Source: Dehalococcoidia bacterium (GTDB lineage Bacteria > Chloroflexota > Dehalococcoidia > Dehalococcoidales > G020351185). Taken from it: a stretch of DNA of 28,940 nucleotides. The stretch is from positions 1-28,940 of the forward strand of contig DAOWJL010000057.1 in NCBI GenBank assembly GCA_030640385.1, given 5' to 3'. Of this stretch, positions 15,567-24,897 are shown piece after piece. The position numbers were made by a program, and so were the translations under genes. The notes under the pieces are model-generated. The model was not told the DNA's origin. It did no database searches and saw nothing but the letters and a program-made list of their open reading frames with translations. The number at the start of each line of letters is the position of its first letter. Within the stretch, counting starts at the first letter, position 1.

Positions 15567-18500
15567 TTGGAAATAACCGGTCTTTTAGATCTGGCTATGG
15601 AGATGCCGGCCTATCGCCGGCTTGTGGAAGAGCTAAAACAGCCAGGTGGCAGTGCCGCTATATCAATACTGGATGCCGCCAAATCCTATGTTATTGCTGC
15701 TGTATATAAAGAGCTGGGTTTACCGCTGCTGGTGGTTACCGCTCAGCCGGAAAACAGCCGAAAACTCCAGGAGCAGATTACTGCCTGGACAGGCGTTCAG
15801 GCAGCTCTTTTCCCCGAACCCGGTGCCTTGCCCTATCAGCGTGTTGTTTCTGATAATTCAATAGTGATGGAGAAGATACGGACGCTATCGCTTCTGGTGA
15901 ATTCTGAACCAAAAAAGGGGCTTCCGCTGGTTGTTACTTCAGCTCCTGCGCTGATACAGAGAGTAGCGGAAAAAAATCATTTTACCTCAGCCTGTCATAA
16001 GGTGAGGCTGGGAATGGATGTTGAACCACTCAGCCTTATAAACCGCTGGCAAAAAATTGGCTATAAATTGGAAAGCGTCGTTGAAGTACCGGGTAACATA
16101 AGCCGCCGTGGCGGTATTGTAGATATCTACCCGCCCACCAGTGAGCTGCCTGCTAGGCTTGAGTTTTTTGGCAATACCATAGATAATATCCGCCTCTTTG
16201 ACCCGGTAAGCCAGCGCTCATTAAAAACAGTGCCGGAGATTGATATCGGGCCGGCTACTGAAATGCTGGCAATACCACTCGGCGATAGAATAAAACTGGA
16301 GAAGATTATCAAAGATATTGATTGCGGAGATTGTAATAATTTGGCAAAACAGCAATTTCAGCAGGAATTAGACATACTGTTTGAAGGTCAGATACCAGCC
16401 AATGCCGGGTTTTGTACACAGTTGCTAAGCGATGGCAGCATCCTTGATTACTTACCACAGCAATCGCTGGTGATTCTGGACGAAACAGCAGCTATCCGGG
16501 AAGCTATGGAATCCCTGGATGCCGAAGCCAGAGAGCTGCTCGATTACAAACTGGAACAGGGTGATTTGCCGCATAACCTGCCGAAGCCATATTTCACCTG
16601 GGATGAACTTGAATCCAGGTTAAACAAACAGAGGCATTTATCGCTCACAAGCTGGCTTGATGGTAGTGGCAGGGTAGGGCGGCGGCTCAATTTTACGCAG
16701 GATATAAATTATGCCGGAAGGCTGCCGCAATTCATTGAAAAAACAAAGCAACTATTACGACAGAGAAAGGGGGTTATTCTAATCAGCCACCAGGCGAGCC
16801 GTTTATCAGAGCTGCTGGTAGAGAAAGACGTTATCGCCGTACCTGTTACAGAGGTAAAGGAAGCACCTCTGTCCGGTTCGCTGACACTGGTGCAGGGTAT
16901 GCTGAACCAGGGGTGGGTTATGAACGATAATACCCACCTTTTTACCGATAACGAAATATTCGGTTTTATAAAACAGAGGCGGCTGGTGAAAAAACAACCG
17001 GCAGCCCGTATCGGATCCATTGTTGACATAATCATCGGAGACTATGTGGTTCATATCGAGCATGGCATTGCTAGGTTTGCCGGCGTTACCACTATGAACA
17101 GTGATGGAGTTGAGAGGGAATATCTGTTATTACAGTATGCCGCCGGCGATAGATTATATGTCCCCGTTGACCAGATAGACCGCATCAGCCGCTATATAGG
17201 CGCCGGTGACCGACAACCTGTCCTTAACAGGCTTGGTACCCAGGAATGGACCAGAAGCAAGCAAAAAGCCAGGGAATCGGCGGAGGGGGTTGCCCGGGAG
17301 CTGCTGGCTCTTTATGCCGCCCGCCAGATGGTAGATGGTTTTGCTTTCTCTGCGGACACGGTATGGCAGCAGGAGCTTGAGGCTTCCTTTCCCTACGTGG
17401 AAACCCCCGACCAGATAGGAGTCCAGGGGCAGGTGAAAGAGGATATGATGAAATCCAAACCTATGGACAGGCTGGTCTGCGGTGACGTCGGTTACGGCAA
17501 AACGGAGGTTGCCATCCGTGCCGCCTTCAAGACAGTTATGGATTATAAGCAGGTAGCCTTTCTGGTGCCGACTACAGTGCTGGCACAGCAGCACTTCTTT
17601 ACCTTCAAGCAGAGGCTGGGTGCCTTCCCGGTGAGGACTGAGATGCTCAGCCGCTTCAGGAGTGCCGCGGAGCAGAAGGAAATCATAGATGGGCTGGCTT
17701 CCGGCACCGTAGATATCTGCATCGGCACCCACCGTCTACTGCAAAAGGATGTTATATTTAAAGACATGGGGCTGTTGATTATCGATGAAGAGCAGCGCTT
17801 CGGCGTCAGCCACAAGGAACATTTCAAGAAAATGAGGCGGGAGGTGGATGTCCTCACCCTGAGCGCCACCCCGATACCCCGCACCCTGCACATGTCACTG
17901 GTTGGGGTACGTGATATGAGCGTTATGGAAACGCCTCCCGCCGAAAGGTTGCCGATAAAAACATATGTTACCGAATATGACGACAGGCTGGTGAAAGAAG
18001 CAATACTCAGGGAACTGGAGCGCAACGGGCAGGTCTTCTTCGTCCACAACCGGGTGCGTAGTATAAATTATGTAGCCGAAAAGTTGAGAGCACTTGTACC
18101 GGAGGCAAAGATGGCCGTCGCTCATGGCCAGATGGCTGAAGGGGAGCTGGAAAAGGTGATGGCGGACTTTACCAGGGGCGATATAGATGTCCTGGTGTGC
18201 ACCACCATTATAGAATCGGGGCTGGATATACCCAACGCCAATACCCTGATTGTCGACCAGGCGGATAAGTTCGGCTTGACGCAACTGTATCAATTGCGGG
18301 GTCGCGTCGGCCGCGGCGCTAACATGGCTTATGCCTATTTCCCGTATGATAAAGGTAAGCGGCTGACACCGGACGCCAAGAAACGCCTGAGGACCATATT
18401 TGAGGCTACCGAGCTTGGAGCAGGCTTCGGTATCGCTATGAAGGATTTAGAGATTCGGGGCGCCGGTAACCTGCTGGGCACCAGACAGAGCGGGCACATA

Positions 18501-19022
18501 ACCGCCATCGGCTTTAACCTGTACACCCGCTTGCTGGGAGAGGCGGTGGAGGAGGCAAAAGCAAAGCAGGCGGGCAAGCCTGTAGATAAGGCAAAGCGCC
18601 TCCCCTCGCCCACCATCGCCCTGCCCCTGCCGGCATATATCCCTGATGATTATGTCTCTGATGTAAATACCCGGCTGAGGCTCTATCACCGGCTGGCGGA
18701 GGTCAATAACGAAGAACAGGTAGAGGTATTGAGGTATGATTTTAGAGACAGGTTCGGGGAATTACCGCCGGAGGTGGGAAACCTGCTCTATGCCGTCAGG
18801 ATAAAGCTGCTGGCGGCTAAAGCGGGCATGGAATCAATATCCACAGAGGACAGCCAGATTGTGCTGCGGCTGTTTGACGGTATGCGCTTTGATAAAAAGA
18901 AACTGGAACCGGTTTTAAAGGATGGCATAAAATTCGGCTTGATCCAGCTGAAGCTGAACTATAAGAAATCTGGTAGCAAATGGAGGGAGGTATTGGAGGA
19001 GGTGCTGGGGGTGGTGGGGTGA
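15567..19022 (+). CDS. mfd: Transcription-repair coupling factor; TTG start at 15567 preferred (ORF track gives 15534)
   Basis: RRGGIVDIYP, CarD-like VHIEHGIARF, GDVGYGKT, DEEQRFG, LSATPIPRTL, QLRGRVGR, DLEIRGAGNLLG. GGAGA precedes the TTG. Confidence 0.98.
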   Translation: MEITGLLDLAMEMPAYRRLVEELKQPGGSAAISILDAAKSYVIAAVYKELGLPLLVVTAQPENSRKLQEQITAWTGVQAALFPEPGALPYQRVVSDNSIVMEKIRTLSLLVNSEPKKGLPLVVTSAPALIQRVAEKNHFTSACHKVRLGMDVEPLSLINRWQKIGYKLESVVEVPGNISRRGGIVDIYPPTSELPARLEFFGNTIDNIRLFDPVSQRSLKTVPEIDIGPATEMLAIPLGDRIKLEKIIKDIDCGDCNNLAKQQFQQELDILFEGQIPANAGFCTQLLSDGSILDYLPQQSLVILDETAAIREAMESLDAEARELLDYKLEQGDLPHNLPKPYFTWDELESRLNKQRHLSLTSWLDGSGRVGRRLNFTQDINYAGRLPQFIEKTKQLLRQRKGVILISHQASRLSELLVEKDVIAVPVTEVKEAPLSGSLTLVQGMLNQGWVMNDNTHLFTDNEIFGFIKQRRLVKKQPAARIGSIVDIIIGDYVVHIEHGIARFAGVTTMNSDGVEREYLLLQYAAGDRLYVPVDQIDRISRYIGAGDRQPVLNRLGTQEWTRSKQKARESAEGVARELLALYAARQMVDGFAFSADTVWQQELEASFPYVETPDQIGVQGQVKEDMMKSKPMDRLVCGDVGYGKTEVAIRAAFKTVMDYKQVAFLVPTTVLAQQHFFTFKQRLGAFPVRTEMLSRFRSAAEQKEIIDGLASGTVDICIGTHRLLQKDVIFKDMGLLIIDEEQRFGVSHKEHFKKMRREVDVLTLSATPIPRTLHMSLVGVRDMSVMETPPAERLPIKTYVTEYDDRLVKEAILRELERNGQVFFVHNRVRSINYVAEKLRALVPEAKMAVAHGQMAEGELEKVMADFTRGDIDVLVCTTIIESGLDIPNANTLIVDQADKFGLTQLYQLRGRVGRGANMAYAYFPYDKGKRLTPDAKKRLRTIFEATELGAGFGIAMKDLEIRGAGNLLGTRQSGHITAIGFNLYTRLLGEAVEEAKAKQAGKPVDKAKRLPSPTIALPLPAYIPDDYVSDVNTRLRLYHRLAEVNNEEQVEVLRYDFRDRFGELPPEVGNLLYAVRIKLLAAKAGMESISTEDSQIVLRLFDGMRFDKKKLEPVLKDGIKFGLIQLKLNYKKSGSKWREVLEEVLGVVG

Positions 19023-19032
19023 TATTAATTTT

Positions 19033-19725
19033 TTAGGATATTACTTTATTATCTAGCCCTAAGTATTCAAGTAGCTTTTGTCCAATGTTTTGATATGGTG
19101 AGTTTGGGTTAACAAAACAAAAGGGGGCTTCTCCTATTTGTGAGCCCCTTTCTAAACTCCAAAGCATAATTAGCATCACCTGCGGTCTACTTGGAAATAG
19201 CTTCTGCGCTATCTTTTTAGTGTCAAAAGTAAACACCATTGATTTGCCTGTTTCTAGAGCAAGAATACCAGGATGATTTGGGGGCAATTGACGCCTTGTC
19301 TTTGCTAGCAGATTCCTTGTGATTCTATCTTTTCTAATTTCATGCTCTGCATCTTGCTCTGACATCCATGATTGCTTTTTTAGTAAGTTTTGTACTTTTT
19401 TCACTTCGTTCTGCTTTTTAGATTCTATTGATTTTTGTATAGATTCTGGTGATGTAACCTCGCAATATATGGCTTGCTCTGAAAACGAAAGAAGCATGTC
19501 TGAATAACCTTCTCTATGTGGTAGCTTAGGCTCTATCTCTTTTATCAAGCTCTTCTCTTTAAACCACCGTGTCGTATTTATTTGAGCTCGGATTTCCATA
19601 TACTCATCCCAACTAGCAACACCTTTTATTAGAGATATTAATCTATCATATCCATTAACTAAAGTTAGCCCAGCTGCTATCTTTTCCAAAGTTGTTTGAA
19701 ATTGTAAATACCGCTCGTCTTTCAT
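19033..19725 (-). CDS. AT-rich hypothetical protein with a possible PD-(D/E)xK-like fold
   Basis: Clearly more AT-rich than mfd. YSDMLLSF...IYCEVT resembles a PD..(D/E)xK core. Has its own TGaTATAAT promoter. Confidence 0.6.
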   Translation of the reverse strand: MKDERYLQFQTTLEKIAAGLTLVNGYDRLISLIKGVASWDEYMEIRAQINTTRWFKEKSLIKEIEPKLPHREGYSDMLLSFSEQAIYCEVTSPESIQKSIESKKQNEVKKVQNLLKKQSWMSEQDAEHEIRKDRITRNLLAKTRRQLPPNHPGILALETGKSMVFTFDTKKIAQKLFPSRPQVMLIMLWSLERGSQIGEAPFCFVNPNSPYQNIGQKLLEYLGLDNKVIS

Positions 19726-19770
19726 TGACTACACCAACATTCTCTGTTTATTATATCACCTTGGCAACGG

Positions 19771-19851
19771 GCACTCTAAGAAGGTCTTACCCCCTCTTCT
19801 TCCATTTCCCCCTTTCCTTTTAAGGAGAGGGGGATTAAGGGGGTGAGGTTG
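19771..19851. repeat. REP-like element, inverted copy of the element at 85-144
   Basis: 42/47 identity (reverse complement) to 85-131, with a CCCCCTTTCCTT-TT-AAGGAGAGGGGG hairpin. Confidence 0.85.
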
Positions 19852-19939
19852 ATAGGTAGTCTCCAGCCAGCTATATTATCTCTCAGGAACGAAATATGCT
19901 ATAATTATATATTAACTCACCTGACCCAAGGAGCCCGAT

Positions 19940-21478
19940 TTGAAGATACTTCTCGTCTATCCACGCTATCCGGACACCTTCTGGAGCTTCAGGTATGCCC
20001 TTAAGTTTATAAATAAGAAGGCATCCTTCCCGCCGCTGGGCTTGCTGACAATAGCAGCAATGCTGCCCGAAGACTGGCAGTTAAAGCTGGTGAATATGAA
20101 TTTCAGGGGCTTAAAGAATAGAGACATCAGGTGGGCGGACTATGTTTTTATCAGCGCTATGGTGACGCAGCGCAGTTCAGCCAGGGAGCTTATTGCCCGC
20201 TGTAATAAACTTGGGGCGAAGGTTGTCGCCGGTGGGCCCCTGTTCACCACCGAATATGAAGATTTTAGTGGCGTGGACCACCTTGTACTTGATGAGGCTG
20301 AAGTTACGCTGCCGCCTTTCCTTGATGATTTAAAAACGGGCAATGCCCGGCTTATCTATACATCAACCGAAAGGCCGGATATTACAAAAACCCCCATACC
20401 CAGATGGTCTCTTATCGATATGAAACACTACTCATCAATGAACATTCAGTATTCGCGGGGGTGTCCGTATAACTGCGAGTTCTGCGATATTGTCGTCCTC
20501 AACGGGCATAAACCGCGGACAAAGGATAAAAACCAGATACTGGCTGAGCTTGAAGCGCTCTATCAACATGGATGGCGGGCCGGTGTTTTCGTGGTTGATG
20601 ATAACTTTATCGGCAATAAGAAGAAGCTTAAGAAGGAAATACTGCCGGCAATAATCAACTGGATGCAGAAAAGGAAGTACCCCTTTGTCCTGCTGACAGA
20701 AACATCTATAAACCTGGCTGACGATGAAGAGCTGATGCGGCTTATGGTAGACGCCGGTTTTGATACGGTCTTCATCGGCGTGGAGAGCCCCAATGAGGAA
20801 AGCCTGGCTGAGTGTGATAAACACCAGAATGAAGGGCGTGACCTGATAGCCGCCGTCAAAAAGATACAGAATTACGGCATTCAGGTGCAGGGAGGATTTA
20901 TCGTCGGCTTTGATAGCGACCCGCTCTCCATCTTCAAGAGCCAGATCAGCTTCATTCAGAAAAGCGGTATCGTTACCGCCATGGTCGGATTGCTTAATGC
21001 CCCCCGCGGCACCAAGTTATACCAGCGCTTGAAAAAGGAGCGCCGCTTGCTGGACAATTTCTCCGGCGATAATACAGATTGCTCGATAAACTTCATCCCC
21101 AAGATGAAATACGAAACGCTTGTCAATGGATATAAACATATCCTGAAGACAATTTATTCCCCTAGGCAGTATTATGAGCGCGTAAAGACCTGCTTGAAGG
21201 AATATAGACCTAAAAAGAAGAAGGGCTCATCACGGTTGAGATTTTATCATTTAGTGGCTTTTATAAAATCCATATGGTTTCTGGGTATCTGGGGAAAGGG
21301 CAAAAGATACTTCTGGAAGCTCATGCTCTCTACCCTGTTCCGGCGCCCCCGCTCATTGCCCCTGGCAATAAGCCTGTCTGTCTATGGTTTTCACTTCCGA
21401 AAAGTTGCCGAAAAGTGTGTTCGTCTGCCAGTTACCGGCATGGCTACAATTGGTGAGGCTAACAAAACAAGCCGCTAG
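19940..21478 (+). CDS. Cobalamin-binding radical SAM enzyme (DUF4070-type C-terminus)
   Basis: N-terminal B12-binding domain (PPLGLLTIAA, VAGGP, DEAE), CPYNCEFC, FVVDDNFIGN, GFIVGFDSD. Confidence 0.9.
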   Translation: MKILLVYPRYPDTFWSFRYALKFINKKASFPPLGLLTIAAMLPEDWQLKLVNMNFRGLKNRDIRWADYVFISAMVTQRSSARELIARCNKLGAKVVAGGPLFTTEYEDFSGVDHLVLDEAEVTLPPFLDDLKTGNARLIYTSTERPDITKTPIPRWSLIDMKHYSSMNIQYSRGCPYNCEFCDIVVLNGHKPRTKDKNQILAELEALYQHGWRAGVFVVDDNFIGNKKKLKKEILPAIINWMQKRKYPFVLLTETSINLADDEELMRLMVDAGFDTVFIGVESPNEESLAECDKHQNEGRDLIAAVKKIQNYGIQVQGGFIVGFDSDPLSIFKSQISFIQKSGIVTAMVGLLNAPRGTKLYQRLKKERRLLDNFSGDNTDCSINFIPKMKYETLVNGYKHILKTIYSPRQYYERVKTCLKEYRPKKKKGSSRLRFYHLVAFIKSIWFLGIWGKGKRYFWKLMLSTLFRRPRSLPLAISLSVYGFHFRKVAEKCVRLPVTGMATIGEANKTSR

Positions 21479-21536
21479 CTGATCTGGTATCAGTTAGTGG
21501 AGCACTCAATTTGTGTAATACCGCAGTTTATTTTAT

Positions 21537-21857
21537 CTATTTGTTATTTTCCTTTGCGGTATCCTTTGGAACATTCTTTGCGATATCCTTTGGGGCATCC
21601 TTGTCTGAGATGCCTAAATCCTTAAGGTAATCAATAGCATCCTGAACGGCTACTATCTTTTCAGCATCCTCGTCGGGGATTTTAACCTCCTGTGATTTGG
21701 TGCTGAACTCCTCCTCTATGGACATTATCAGTTCTACGAGGTCCAGGGAATCGGCACCTAAATCATTAATAAATTTGGCTGTTGGTACTACTTCGTTTTC
21801 ATCGACTCCCAGTTGTTCAACGACTATTCTTTTAAGTCGTTCGGAAACGGTTGCCAT
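21537..21857 (-). CDS. acpP: Acyl carrier protein with a C-terminal extension
   Basis: [14 protein letters not shown] (phosphopantetheine Ser), IPDEDAEKI. Confidence 0.96.
   Translation of the reverse strand: MATVSERLKRIVVEQLGVDENEVVPTAKFINDLGADSLDLVELIMSIEEEFSTKSQEVKIPDEDAEKIVAVQDAIDYLKDLGISDKDAPKDIAKNVPKDTAKENNK
21552..21599. repeat. 24-bp tandem duplication encoding the ACP tail
   Basis: Two units with 20/24 identity, encoding (D/N)(A/V)PKD(I/T)AK twice. Confidence 0.85.
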
Positions 21858-21874
21858 ATTCTACCTCCATTAAT

Positions 21875-22282
21875 CTATCCAGTAGCAAGTGTGCTGACAG
21901 AGCTTAAAACTCCGTTAACAAATCTTGCCGAATTATCACTACCGAATTTTTTTGCCAGTTCCACAGCTTCATTTATTGTTATGCTGATTGGCACTTTATT
22001 ATCTATTAAAAGCTCAAATATTGCAAGCCTTAAAATGTTGCGGTCAACTGCTGGCAACTGGTTTATGGGCCAGGCAGGAGCAAACCGCTTTATGTTTTCA
22101 TCAAGCTCCTGCTTGTTTCGAATAACGCCGCTCACTTGCTGGCGGACAAAGGCGTTGTTTTCCTCGGACAATCCTTTATCAGCCAGTAGACGGCTGACGA
22201 CATCGTCCGCATTATGACCAGTAGAGTCAATTTCATATAGCGCCTGGAATATCGTTGCTCTTGCTTTTCTTCTTGCACCCAC
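21875..22282 (-). CDS. nusB: Transcription antitermination factor NusB; GTG start at 22282 preferred (ORF track gives 22300)
   Basis: RRKAR..FQALY, VDRNILRLAIFE, INEAVELAKKFG, FVNGVL. Confidence 0.96.
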   Translation of the reverse strand: MGARRKARATIFQALYEIDSTGHNADDVVSRLLADKGLSEENNAFVRQQVSGVIRNKQELDENIKRFAPAWPINQLPAVDRNILRLAIFELLIDNKVPISITINEAVELAKKFGSDNSARFVNGVLSSVSTLATG

Positions 22283-22344
22283 TATAGATATACCTTTCAA
22301 ATCAGTATTATAGCAGTCCTGGATAAAATTGTGGAGTGTATCTA

Positions 22345-23079
22345 TTAAGTCATACCACCGTCAACGGTCAGCACCTGCCCGGTGATGTAGCCGGCTTCTT
22401 CTGAAGCCAGGAAGCAAACGGCTGACGCTACATCTTCGGGAGAGCCAAGGCGGCCGGACGGGATGCGTGAAATGAGTTCCTGCCGCTGGCTTTCGGGTAG
22501 CTTCTGCGTCATCTCGGTGTCGATAAAGCCTGGGGCGATGGCGTTAGCGGTAACACCCCTGGAGGCTACTTCCCTGGCGACGGAGCGGGTAAAACCGATA
22601 ATGCCGGCTTTGGCTGCGGCATAGTTCGCCTGACCCGCATTACCTATCAGCCCGACTACGCTGGAAATGCTTATAATCCTGCCCCAGCGCTGCTTTATCA
22701 TTGGTCTCAATACAGCTCTTGTACAGAGAAAAACACTTTTCAGGTCTATATTAATTACCTTGTCCCACTCTTCGTCAGACATTCTCACCAAGAGCTGGTC
22801 ACGGTTAATGCCGGCGTTGTTTACAAGAATATCAATCCTGCCATAATTGGTTGTGGCCGTCTCTACCAGACTGGCAACATCAGGCGCCGAGCTGACGTCG
22901 GCCATAACCGACTGGCTCTGTTTACCCATAGCTCTTATTTCCCGGGCTACTTCCTCAGCCATTTTATCTATATCATTAACCACCACGCTTGCCCCGGCTT
23001 CAGCCAGTTTAAGGGCGATGGCTTTCCCTATACCGCGTCCGCTGCCGGTGACAATCGCAACTCTGTCGGTAAGATTCAT
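22345..23079 (-). CDS. fabG: 3-oxoacyl-ACP reductase
   Basis: TGSGRGIG, NNAGINRD, NYAAAK, NAIAPGFI, VDGGM. Confidence 0.95.
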   Translation of the reverse strand: MNLTDRVAIVTGSGRGIGKAIALKLAEAGASVVVNDIDKMAEEVAREIRAMGKQSQSVMADVSSAPDVASLVETATTNYGRIDILVNNAGINRDQLLVRMSDEEWDKVINIDLKSVFLCTRAVLRPMIKQRWGRIISISSVVGLIGNAGQANYAAAKAGIIGFTRSVAREVASRGVTANAIAPGFIDTEMTQKLPESQRQELISRIPSGRLGSPEDVASAVCFLASEEAGYITGQVLTVDGGMT

Positions 23080-23115
23080 ACAAGTACCCCCTGTATAATT
23101 TAAAAATTATAAACT

Positions 23116-24060
23116 TCAATCAAGGATATTGGCTAGGTTTGTAACGGCTTCAGTATCACATATGTTTATTGTTTTGACACCTCCGTTAATCCGTTTGACC
23201 AGGCCGCCGAGAACCTTGCCCGGCCCTATCTCAATAAAGGTGGATACGCCGCTGTCAACCATATATTCTATGCTGCGTTGCCATTGTACACTGTTGCACA
23301 GCTGGCTCAGCAGCTCTTCCTTTACCATTTCGGCAGTCGTAATCTCGCTGGCTGTTGTGTTAGCCACGATGGGAATTTGCGGCGCGGCAAAGGGAATGGT
23401 GGCTATAATTTCTGCCAGGCTATCTGCCGCCGGCTGCATATACCGGGTATGAAAAGCTCCGTTTACCTGCAGCGGGATGACGCGGCGGGCTCCTTTAGCT
23501 TCGGCTAGTTCTATCGCTTTGTTCAGGCTATCCTTATCGCCGCTGATTACAAGCTGGCCGGGGCAGTTGAAATTGGCTATTTTAGTATCGCTCTGGGTAC
23601 ATATATCAGCCAGTGACGCCTCATCCAGCCCGATTACCGCCGCCATCCCCCCGGGATTTTCCAGGCCGGCCTGGTGCATTAAGCAGCCTCGCTCACGGGT
23701 AAGGTAGATGGCAGTGGCAAAGTCGACCACCCCGGCGGCAGCCAGCGCCGTGTATTCACCCAGGCTGTGGCCGGCAACGAAGGCTGGGGCGGGTAGACTT
23801 TTATTGCCCTCTGAATTGCGGATAGTGGACAGCAAGGCGAGACTGATGGTAACTATTGCCGGCTGGGCATTGATTGTCTGGCGGAGTTCGTCATCGGGAC
23901 CATTAAAACACAGTTGCGATAATGAAAAACCAAGCGCTTCATCGGCCTGCTTGAAGACTGTTCTGGCTGAATCAGAGCTATCGTAAAGGTCGCGCCCCAT
24001 ACCCGCATACTGGGCACCCTGCCCCGGGAAAATATAGGCTACCTTTGCTGGTTCAACCAC
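23116..24060 (-). CDS. fabD: Malonyl-CoA:ACP transacylase
   Basis: FPGQGAQ, GHSLGEY, NFNCPGQLVISG, GAFHT, EIGPGKVL. Confidence 0.97.
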   Translation of the reverse strand: MVEPAKVAYIFPGQGAQYAGMGRDLYDSSDSARTVFKQADEALGFSLSQLCFNGPDDELRQTINAQPAIVTISLALLSTIRNSEGNKSLPAPAFVAGHSLGEYTALAAAGVVDFATAIYLTRERGCLMHQAGLENPGGMAAVIGLDEASLADICTQSDTKIANFNCPGQLVISGDKDSLNKAIELAEAKGARRVIPLQVNGAFHTRYMQPAADSLAEIIATIPFAAPQIPIVANTTASEITTAEMVKEELLSQLCNSVQWQRSIEYMVDSGVSTFIEIGPGKVLGGLVKRINGGVKTINICDTEAVTNLANILD

Positions 24061-24109
24061 TATCAGTACTTCTTTTCTATATCAAAAATGGTGCTTTTTA
24101 ACAAGTAAA

Positions 24110-24310
24110 TTACCCCGTTTTCTTTTTCGGGCTCTTGATTTCAACAACCTCCCTGCCAGCGTAAGTTCCACAGACGGGACAGACTATATGCGGCAGTTTG
24201 GGGCTGTTGCATTGTGGGCAATTGACGAGGGCCGGTGGTGTTAATTTATTGTGACTGCGTCTCTGCCCACGGCGAGCCTTGGCTATCTTCCGTTTTGGTA
24301 AAGCTCCCAT
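24110..24310 (-). CDS. rpmF: 50S ribosomal protein L32 (Zn-binding form)
   Basis: ALPKRK..RRSH, CPQC..CPVCGTY. Confidence 0.97.
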   Translation of the reverse strand: MGALPKRKIAKARRGQRRSHNKLTPPALVNCPQCNSPKLPHIVCPVCGTYAGREVVEIKSPKKKTG

Positions 24311-24346
24311 AATTACTCCATTTCAATTTTATTCTATAAAAGAGAT

Positions 24347-24766
24347 TTACAATCCGCTGCAATCCTGGCTACACAGTGGTTTCATCGGTACCGATATAAG
24401 TGCATACTGACGAATTGCTTCCGTTAAATCTATAACCTGATTATCATCGATGGTAAACAGGCTGGGTTCATCGTATGCTGGTGAAAAATCACCGCTGACG
24501 ATGTCTCTGGCAGGGAGGTATTCTTCTTCAAAGTCTAGCTTGAGGGGGCAGCCGAATACATCCAGGCAACGGGCACAGACAAGCTCAACCGTAGTATTAA
24601 GTTTGCCCCTGACGATAATGCTCCCGTTAGTACGTGTCAGTTTGACATTACCATAAACCATACTACTGCTACCGTTATCCATTATATTGACAGAATCGCT
24701 TACCTGATAATCCCGTTCCGAGCCGATTGGCTCCTTAAGAAACTGAGATACGTTTATTTGAATCAT
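24347..24766 (-). CDS. yceD: YceD/DUF177 protein; start at M8 (24766) preferred
   Basis: CARCLD, IDLTEAIRQ, PMKPLCSQDC; canonical position upstream of rpmF. Confidence 0.9.
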   Translation of the reverse strand: MIQINVSQFLKEPIGSERDYQVSDSVNIMDNGSSSMVYGNVKLTRTNGSIIVRGKLNTTVELVCARCLDVFGCPLKLDFEEEYLPARDIVSGDFSPAYDEPSLFTIDDNQVIDLTEAIRQYALISVPMKPLCSQDCSGL

Positions 24767-24897
24767 AATCCACCCGACCCATACCATAACCGAACCCTAT
24801 ATTATACTCATAGCCCGATGCTTACCGCAAACCTGGGAAGCAGTTATTGAGTTTGGACGTTAACCATCAGCCGGGATTCGGCCGGTAAAGAAGTTCA

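Noticed and set aside
24347-24400. YceD ends at DCSGL without the extra CxxC tail, suggesting a pseudogene
   Set aside because: Short C-termini occur naturally in this family to my knowledge, and no frameshifted continuation is visible downstream.
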